Assembly (NCBI GenBank): GCA_040954595.2
Contig: CM082590.2
Location: 9,822,088-9,886,087, forward strand
Source of the DNA: Balanoglossus misakiensis
Lineage: Eukaryota; Animalia; Hemichordata
Direction: 5' to 3'
DNA length: 64,000 nucleotides
Made by a program: the position numbers and the translations under genes. Below are positions 54,516 to 64,000 of the stretch, piece after piece. The stretch's first letter is position 1; each line of letters begins with the position of its first letter. Below the pieces are notes generated by a model. That model had not been told where the DNA came from and made no database searches. It saw nothing but the letters and a program-made list of their open reading frames with translations.

Positions 54516-56044
54516 TTAATAATCTCCACTGTTACTGAGATATGGCCGCGTTGTGTTGTGGACGTGGTTGTTGTATTGATGGGCCATGTGATAAGTTAAT
54601 TGATTGCCATGGTTACCAGTGAGTAATGGTGGGCCGCGCGCGAGCATTGTTGTTGGTCGTGCACTGCCCACATCTGCTGTGTGTGTGAGGTCATCTGCCC
54701 TGTAGTGGTTAGGGACTTCAGCGTTGCTGTTGCTATCGCCAGAGATGAGAGAGTTGGGATACAGGAAGTTAGCCGTGTTCCCGCCATCCCCGGGGGACAC
54801 GACAACTAAGTTAGAACGGCTGTTTAAGTTCGAGAAAGTTTCGCCACCAGCTCTCAGCGTGCTGGGCGACGGTACAAAATTGACCGACGTTGAGATTGGC
54901 GAAGATAGCGAGCAGCACTCCCGGTACTGGTAATGATTTCTCGCCGTCTGCGTGTCCTTATCCTCCGAACTGAGCTGCCCTTCAAACCTAGCGCAGGAGT
55001 CCATCCCACAGTTAACCTCCTGTGCCTCCAACTCCAAACCAGGGCTACCAACACACCCGTGTACATCCATCGAGTTTCCATTATCAGTGGTCGAGCTTTC
55101 GCCTGATCCAACTTTCAAAGCCTGTCGCTTGTACTTCATGCGGCGGTTTTGAAACCACACTTTCACTTGTCGCTCGGAGAGTTCCAACATGGACGCGATT
55201 TCAATTCGCCGAGGCCTGCACAGATATCTGTTATAATGAAACTCCTTCTCTAATTCCAGGAGTTGTGTGTTTGTAAAGGCAGTTCGTATCCTCCGAGCGT
55301 GCCCATTCTCTTTCCTGGCTTCTGCAGGGAAAACAAAAGAAGCGGAGATTACTGGCTTGTCAAGACAAAATGGCCGACGACCTAGTTCCGGCAGTGTTTT
55401 ATTTTGACACTTATTCGGTCGCCGATTCAAGTGAATCTCTTAAGTTTGCAATGTTAAAGACTGACAAGTTCTTGTCGCCAGCCTTTACCGGACGTCGCGC
55501 CACAAAAGGCATAAAAACTCGAAAAGGCGCAAATAGAACGTTGTTGACATGCGGAAAGATTGAAGGGGAAAAAGTTTGAGACGTTTGACGGGGCCTGTCA
55601 TCACTTTTGATCTCTTGTGGAACTGCATGAAGCAAAGGTCAAACCTGACGTCAAAAACAGATCCACTCCAGTAAATATCAGTAGCAAGCATCTGTGAGAA
55701 TCCAGAAACTCAGAGAACGGTAGAGAAAATAAATAAATCTTACCGTTCGAATCAGCTTCTTCTTCTTCGGGCGATCTTGCCTGTTTGACCCACGGGTATT
55801 CCGGGAGTTTGACGGAGGGAACACCGCTCGATTTGCCGGGAGTTTCGCTGGCATGTGCCGAGGTCTGTAGTGTGCAGGCCGTGTGGGGTTGCAAGGAACG
55901 TGGCATGACTACAGACAGTGTGGAAGTCCCGCGTTTGATTGATGGCGATTCCACTGTCCTATTGATCGAGTGAGCCGGGCTTGTCATGAACTCGGCCATA
56001 CATGGTTCACTATTGATAAACCCCGTCTCGCACAGGCCGTCCAT
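54516..56044 (-). CDS. Hox2: Hox paralog group 2 (proboscipedia) homeodomain transcription factor, 368 aa, 2 exons
   Basis: Exon 1 is 56044-55744 (…DSN G|gtaaga) and exon 2 is 55321-54516 (ttttccctgcag|AA). The intron is phase 1. PG2 N-terminal motif [13 protein letters not shown], hexapeptide PEYPWV, homeodomain [59 protein letters not shown]. Confidence 0.98.
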
Positions 56045-56170
56045 TCTATTTTACAAAGAAGCGACAGGATTTCCCGCGCTGGCATCAACTCCTCAGCAAA
56101 GCCGCAAAATGCGCCAGATTTTTTTCTCCCAACTCTTCGGCAAACTTTAAAACCCGAGTCAGATTTGTAA

Positions 56171-56236
56171 ACTTATTACAAAAGGCGCTGCTGTAACTGA
56201 CCACTTTGTGTCACATGCTCAACACTTAACCAATCA
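56171..56236 (-). promoter_or_regulatory. Putative Hox2 proximal promoter: CCAAT box plus E-box variant
   Basis: Minus strand reads TGATTGGTTAAGTGTTGAGCATGTGAC...TGTAATAAG, 130-190 bp upstream of the ATG. Confidence 0.5.
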
Positions 56237-59200
56237 AAACCGCGCTTACATCAGTGTTTGGCAAGCAACGCATATTTGCATACTTCTCAACTCTCAGTTT
56301 GACAACACAGTCACTAATATTGACCATCTCAAAGACATGGCTTGATAAAAAAGTACATTCTGTATGCTTGGGGAGAAAATCGTGTAGATGTTTACCCTTC
56401 TATCAATGTATGTGTTTTCATCATGTCCTCGAGGAATATTTAAAATACCAGCGAAATATTTTCAACTGAAAAGGTGTGGCCATATTACTTGATATCAAGG
56501 CGGTTTCATAAACCCACAAATCATTTTGTCGGCTTTAGATGTGACGTCTTGGGTTCTAATGACCAACACAACTTAAAATGTTCACACATAATTCCGTAAG
56601 GGCATGGCAGACGGTCTGGCCGCAAATGTGTCAGACAGCAACGACATTTCGGGGGCACGTCTGGTGATTTTTTTTCCTAAACGATCAGGTCAACATTTTC
56701 AGACAAAAAAGGACGATGATCAGTTTCATGCCAACGTTTAGCCGCGAGAACTATTAATCTTGCTTTTCGACTTGACATCGCTGTGCATACTTGCGAATGT
56801 TAAACATCTTGAAAGAAAAGGGGCGTTAGTCGTTTCGTAAAAACGCGACCGGACGTCAAGCTGTTTTATGGCAGTAGCGAGGACCGGGATGAAAGCGACG
56901 GTTGAAGATAACGCCGAGACGGCACTCCTGGTTCGTATTGTACCGTAACCAGATCTTCAACAGCGGCGAATGACTCGTGCACACACGCGGGGTCGACTAT
57001 TTGACTATATCAACAACCACCTTTTCAGGCAAGTATTCTGCCGTGCGCGCGGCTCGATCAAACTGAAACAATGTTCCCATCTTTGTATTTTTTATGTATT
57101 TTTATGTAAATCTTCTCACAGTAGGAAAACACCCGCGAAATACACCGATTCTGTCTAAAATTAGCCCTGGTTAGAAGTTTGAAGCGTCCGATTTGTGTGG
57201 TTTTAGAGCGCAGACGACATTTTGTGTCTGGCCTGAGATTCAGACTGTTAATGACCTTTTGCTGTAAACATTCATTGTCCCAGATGCCACATTCTGCCCA
57301 AACGGAGGCCAAATCCAACGAGTTACGCCAACACTTCCAAGTTTAATTATACCCACGATGCCTATTCGTCAATAGGCCCAGCCGGCTAGGGTGTTAATTT
57401 TATGCAAATTATCCTACTCTTACGAAACTATTTCATTCACAAGGGCAAACGACTGCAAACTTGAAAACACGTGTTCTGTGTAGGGGGACTGACAACAACA
57501 GGGGCTGACATTTAAATACAAAATAGTTCTATCTTACCTGGAGATGCACACTTCCCTTGGTTCTTTCATACTGCTGTATCCCGTGAAAATCCATCCAAAT
57601 GGCAAACACCAGTCCAAAAACCACAAGATTTCCAACCAAGCGGACGTCAATATATACTCTCATAATAAGTCCAACTTTACAAAGTCTGCCAAAAAGCACC
57701 AAGGATTAAAACAACAAAATTAGCATTTGGAAACTTGGAATAATATCCGGGTTTGATACTGTTGTTCGAAAACATACTTTTGTAAAATACTACGTACTAT
57801 ATAACATGAACCCGGTCAACTTTATAAAATCATAAAAAAGTTTGCAAGATTTATGAAGATATAGTGGCTGTTATATTTATGCTTACAGAAGATGACAGGT
57901 GGCACTGAACTGCTGACGTCATCCGTTCTTTCCTCCACCCCTTCTTTCTTTCATTTTTGTTAATGTAGTCCAGTTCGTCATCTTTCCGGGGTTTCTACTT
58001 TGTCGATGAACAATCTTTAACAGGGGTTGACGCCCAAAGATAGCTTTGTACTCCTACAAGAGAAAACAGAATTGTATTTATTGTCAAATAAGTTCATTTT
58101 ATTTATGGAGAAAACAGTCAAGTTATTTGCTTGCTCTGTCTGTCTGAGTGACTGGCTGAGACAGCAGTCATGAAGGTCAAGGGGGCTGATGGGTGGATGG
58201 ACGGACGGATTGACCGACAGACACACAGGCAAACAGACAGAGTATAACCAAGGGAAATCAACGTGACAAGGATTGCAAAGGGCCAGCAGAATTTGTTTTC
58301 AATGCCAACCATCTGGAGAGACGGCCATCATGCCTCGCCAGAAATCTGGACATCTGAAACGTTTTCATGCATTAAAAGGAGAAAATTCCAGTAATGGGTT
58401 ATATTTAATTAGCGATTCCTTACACATTATAGAACCCTGACATATAACGTTCGTTGGCCATAAAATAATTTCGGAAACGAGCTTTTCAATTAGGTTTTAG
58501 TCTCTGGAGAGTTGGGTCTCAATTCTCCCGCGATGACCGCGTCACAATACACATGAACACACAGAGGACGCAATAACACATGTCTTTGCAACAAAGTTGC
58601 CCGATGACGACAAAAATCCCAGACTGGCCGTCGCTGTGTGTCTGCCATTTTGGAGCATTTGTCGCGGACTGCCACACATTCGTCCTTCTACTACCCACAG
58701 GTCGAAAACGCTACGATGGGACTATACAACGCAGACGATATTTTGTCTGCGAGTTTATTCGGTTTCCGAAATTGCGATTTTGATATTTCCTCGTCGAGCT
58801 TTCGCGCTGAGCAGTTAGTGCTTTTCAACGAACCACACGACAGAGTCTACAGTTCTTGAATCTCCACAAGTTTAAAATTTCCCTGTGCATCACCAGTCAC
58901 TTTTTGATCAAAGCTAGGACACTTTCTTTTCAAAACACGCCAGTGAATTCTGTTGAAAACACTGCTTTGCTGGTTTAACGCCACGGGACCGCCATCGGAG
59001 TGTTCTTTGCTGATTCAACGCCAATGCTATTAACCAAACCGCGGGAAAGTTGGGTAATATTGACAAATCTGCACTTGCAAACACTGAGTTTATACCCAAC
59101 GACAGCGCAGTTTATCGTTCACAAATTTGGCGCTGAAACAATAGACTATACAATACAAGAGCAAGAACGCCGGGGAAATATTCTCATCGAAGTCAGTTTA

Positions 59201-62200
59201 CTTTTTTACGAGTTTCGAGATATATTAGCAATCGCGGACAACGTAATTGGCCATAAAAAAATTTACGATCCAAGAAGCACGCGTTTTCAAAAACACTAAA
59301 ACACTGGTGTACTTCGTTTTAATATAAGGTCTCCGTTGTAAACCATTACAAATATATGTCTTAACATAAGAAATTAAATAGCTATACCGTCTTCCCGCTA
59401 AATATAAAATATTTCTCACTTCTGCATTTCAGCGGCCTGTCCCAAATCTTCCCGTCTTCTTTACCCGAGACATTTAAAAATATATATGTATGTATAACTG
59501 GGTTTAGAAGAAAACTATCTGGCCATAAATTCCTATTTTACTATCATTTTGGGAATACGGTCGAATTTCATTTTGTTCATGCACTCAATTATATGAGTAT
59601 AGCTGAGTACGTTCACTTCAAAAAGAATTATATACCCGGATCTGGGATCAACACCCAAAGACCAGAAATATATTTTGAAAAATTTAAATAACTTATGAAA
59701 CTCAAAGTGTGGTTTCTGAGGTCAGTCTTGTTTTGATTTTAGCAGCTTCCCAGAAAAAAGTGAGTAAGTTGTCAAACCGCGCGCGTGGCGATCGCGCCAT
59801 TTTAAGTTCTTTTCAGTGACTCTGTTCTTGTGAATTTGTAAATTCATTATAGCGCATTATTAGTTTCAATTTCTGCGGGTAGATCGCGATTCAAAATTAG
59901 AATATATGTGTTCAATCTAGCGGCGATTACAGATTCTTTACCTATCTCTTTCGAGGGGGGTAGTTTGAACCGCAAACGACCGGGCCGTAAACCTACTAGC
60001 GGCCGCTCTCACATAAATCATTGCGGATAACCATTTCTGACACCGGTCTAGATGACCTGTTCTTTGTTATGGTTGTGGTTTACTGTTATATCCCGGCCCT
60101 CACCTACCATGTAAAACTTTTTCAATGTTTTGTATGTGCCTATGTGACATATAGGCCTATTTACTATTCACAGAAGGTATTATACTATACAGGCAAAATT
60201 ATTCGGCCCAAATATGCACGTTGAATCAGACACTATGGGAGAATTTTTGTGTTTATTTTTCGCTCCATATCGTATTATGTTGTTATTCTTTGCCTGAGAA
60301 AAAACGAGTCGTTTTACATTTTATTTCTTGTTGTAATATCTCGTTCAGATTACCAAGATTTTACGAGTTTTCGTTCATGGCAATAAAGTCGCCGTTTTTG
60401 ATGGAGCAGAATTCAGGCTTGTGTTATTTTTCTGCCGTGAAAAATCTACTTGTCAATAATAATGATTTTTCTAGGAAAACTACTATTAGTTATTCCATCA
60501 ACTAGACACACAGAGTGATAGGTCCCTTTTGGAGGCGTGAATGACCCTGGAAATTGAACCTGATAACAGTACATTTGTACTTATATTTTAGAAAAAATAT
60601 ACTACTACATCGCTTTCAAGATGGCCGCCAACAAAAGCATGGGATTGAGGTTGGCATCGCTACAGCTGTTACAATTGACTCGCTCGTTGTTTTTAGATTT
60701 TTGTCACATTGTTTACAATATTTCACAAATGAATATATAAACAGCAACACGAGCTGTCGTGTTTTCTCCTTCGATTGATGAGTTTCCTTGATACAAAAAG
60801 AATCTTTCTGTCATTGCTTTTTTAGTCATTTCGCTGAGACCTGGCGGTTAACTACAGCTTTTACCGCCCAAGCCGCTATCGTCCGGAACTTTTGCAAAAA
60901 TTGGTGTCATCTAAACATTTCTGATATCGTCTGCTTAGTGAATTGCATATCAAGATATAAAAATCAATGAGATAACCGAAGGGAATGACTTTGTCGGAAA
61001 ATATTATCGAATTTTAAAATCTGGCAGGTGATTCTGAACGATGGACGATAGTGTTTTGCGCGGAGCACAAGAGGGCGAGCGAGCGTTCGCGCGATGTCTG
61101 ATTCAAGCTGACCCATAGAAGGCTGAGAAGCCCGCGTAATTATTGTCGAAAGTAGAGCAAAGGGGCGTTCGACAGTCTATGTAATTATCTTCCCAAATAA
61201 AAGCCACAAAATATCTGATGATGTGGAAGGTAATAAAACCGTCGTTTTGTCAAATAGCGCGGCCATTGCCCGACACTGGTAATGGGATGTGTTATTCCCC
61301 AATTATAAACTTGTCAAGTTCAAGGCGCGGCCATTAATCAATTGGCTTAACTAGAAGGCCGTGATTTGAATGTGACAAGCAATTTCGTTACCTTGGCAAC
61401 TTGATATTTTGAACTTATCAGACGTGGCATTTATCGAGAAACAGTCCACTGACATTTTAAAGACAAACCTGGTTTGACCTGTTTGTATTTGTGGGTGTTT
61501 ATTTTTCCTTGGCGAAAGTTTGATGCAGAACAAATATTCTTAAATTGAAGGGGATTTTCTCCATCGTGTGTAAAAAAATCTAGGGCGAGCAGGACTGTTG
61601 ATTATAAACGGGGTCGTTCTCAGTGAGCCAAAGTGGCAGACAGCATAGTTTCTCTGGTTGATGAATGAGAATACCATTGCTGTTGAAATTGTCTTCAATT
61701 TTCGTTCGCCACACACAGAGCTGGCAGCCGTGTCGATTCTTTTCTCGAACTTTCCCGCCTCTGTGTTTTGTCACTCGAAATTTATTACTCCTTGATTTTC
61801 CCCTTTGAAAGGTTCGCGGATGAGCAAAGAACATTTCTTAGAGACAGCTGGTTTCAAAATACTGATGATACATAGTAATTTTTTGAAGCTGACGACAATA
61901 TGTGGCGATGTTTGGAGAAGCGCGCCATTTTGATTCGATTAAGTTGTCGCTGGCTGCCGTGGTAAATTGCTCGATTAAAACGACAAATATTGACTGGTTG
62001 AATTATTTGAAATGGATGCTGGATTAAAATTCAACGACCTTCTCACAATTAGACACGGGTCACGTCAATAGTCCTTCGCATTTGGGCAGGGAGGGGGGAT
62101 AACTCCTAAAAATTATTCGAAGTGGGTGCATGAGTGTGGCTGGTCCCTAAATTGAGATACAATAATTAGGGCATATACACGCGAGGACAGCGTGTCAGAA

Positions 62201-63824
62201 ATGACCGATGGCTGATATTGATCGACGGGCTCTCACTTCAATAGGCATTGTCGGAAGAAGTGGGGGATTTGACGAAGAGTGGCAGAAGAGATAGAACGCT
62301 CGCTGCTCACAAAACGCCCGCGGAATATTAACGAATTTCCCGAAGAAAGCGCTGTCGTTCTCCTGGCATCATTCCGCCATTTTGATGGATGAATATGGCG
62401 TCGACCTTTGACCCGGTAGACAAACCCCCTGATCTTCTGCAGGCCGGGTGAAAGAAAAAGTTTTTGACAATTCTTTGGTCATTGTTTAGTTTACCAAACT
62501 CGCTACCCCTTTCACCCTGAACGAATTAGTCATTTCGCGCCTTCAATGCCTGAAATGTTGCATTTTCCGCTTGGACTCATTTGGCAACTTGCCAAAATTG
62601 GCTTTACGATACGACGGCCTGACTTACAAACGCAAGAATCCTCGCTGTAACTTGAACCACTTTCGATTTCAAAGAAGAAAATTTAAGTAGTTGTGACAGG
62701 GGAAAACATCTTTGTATTCAAAAAAGTTCAAAGTTTACCCAACAAAGTTTACTGAACCTTTGAACACTTGGAAACCGAACCGAGCTTCATATTCAGCGTT
62801 TGAGTGTCATTTGCGCGTAAAAGCAATTGTTTGCGTACATAAACCACCAATATTAGGGTTTACAATATCGGTAGGTCTATTTCAGATGAGAAAATGGAAT
62901 ATTGCAAAGATAATCACGGTTAAATACAGTTAGGCCCTATATCTTGCTAAACAGCGGGGAGCTTGAATGCAGTGTTTGTAGCTGTTCGTCGATTTTTTTT
63001 TTCGTTTTATTTTTTTTAATTTTCGCACATAATCTATAACACCATCACGTCCCACGACACAACCTCCCTCCGGCCAAAACGTGTCGCTTTCTCGCTTCCT
63101 AGCTTTAGTATACACGATAAGTAAGCGAAAAAAGAACAAAAGTATATAGCCTACTCCAAATTTGACCGATTCTAAGAATTTCACACGGTGTCTGGATTGA
63201 TTGCTCCATACGCATTTGCGAGAGCACTTTCGCGGGGAAAGTTTACAAAAATTGCTTATTTTTCCAACGTTGTGATAAAAGCTGGTCGCATGACTGACGA
63301 AGACAAGTGAATGTTGAACGCATGGGTAAACCACAGTGCCATCCCTTGTACGAGAGTTGAACTGACACATTCCCGCGCGAATCAAGATTTATCGCCGCTT
63401 GTCAATAATTTATCGCCTTCTCCCCCTGCAACTCTGGGATTCAAGATCGTCCAAAGTCGATACATTCCTGAAATCGAGTCACCGTGAAAAGCTGTACGAA
63501 CTACAGCCCTTAGTTTCACTTCATCTTACACAGTCTTTTTACCCTCGGGAAAGCACTCATGGAAAAAGGAACAATCCCATTAAAATTCCTACTAATTACA
63601 CTAATAATCTGCGGATAATCTTTGGATCCCGGCAGACGTGTGTCTACAAGAATGAATCCATCACACCGATCATGGCGGTGGGCATTCGATCGCATCAAAA
63701 TATTGGCGCCTGTCAACGTGCATGTGATGACGTATAATGGCAATTTTAACCCCCCCCCCCCCTCCGTAAGGTCGAACTGAGGCTGCGCGCGGATATCATG
63801 GGCCCTAAACCACACAGGCACGAA

Positions 63825-63925
63825 GTGTAACTGCTACAATGTACATCATTGCAAACAATGTGGTTGTTACTTTGTATTACATTGTACATCACCACAAACA
63901 ATGCATCGTTACTTTTTATCACATT
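63825..63925. repeat. Second copy of the 13736-13915 minisatellite family
   Basis: GTGTAACTGCTACAATGTACATCATTGCAAACAATGTGGTTGTTACTTTGTATTAC. Confidence 0.8.
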
Positions 63926-64000
63926 TCCAAGTTTCTTTTATATTGTTCGACAGCGTTTTCTCCGAACAATGCGGACGATGTGTTTATAAACAGAAAAGTT

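Noticed and set aside
55322-55743. ORF extensions of Hox2 (55430 start; exon 1 read-through to 55601)
   Set aside because: Intronic read-through. Canonical phase-1 splice sites join the two exons.

Overview
Animal (non-vertebrate deuterostome-like, most plausibly ambulacrarian/hemichordate; inferred from the Hox protein sequences only) genomic DNA at the anterior (3') end of a Hox cluster. Layout: (1) 1-~10650, a highly homogeneous 87-bp satellite array with higher-order structure, which produces all the repetitive ORFs; (2) 11061-13607 (+), a 6-exon O-fucosyltransferase-family gene with a type II membrane anchor (465 aa, all splice phases consistent), starting ~410 bp from the satellite; (3) ~25 kb with no recognisable gene, containing microsatellites, MITE-like repeats and a co-oriented run of CTCF-like motifs; (4) Hox1/labial (-, 2 exons, 333 aa) and Hox2/proboscipedia (-, 2 exons, 368 aa), followed by 8 kb of 5' sequence. 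Best observations: a Pbx-Hox site inside Hox2 exon 1 at the position matching the vertebrate Hoxa2 exonic element, miR-10 seed sites in both Hox 3'UTRs, a dense K50 (Otx-type) site cluster between Hox1 and Hox2, and a centromere-like satellite only 28 kb from Hox1. All motif calls were made by eye and are hypotheses. No clearly new 'system' can be proven from sequence alone.
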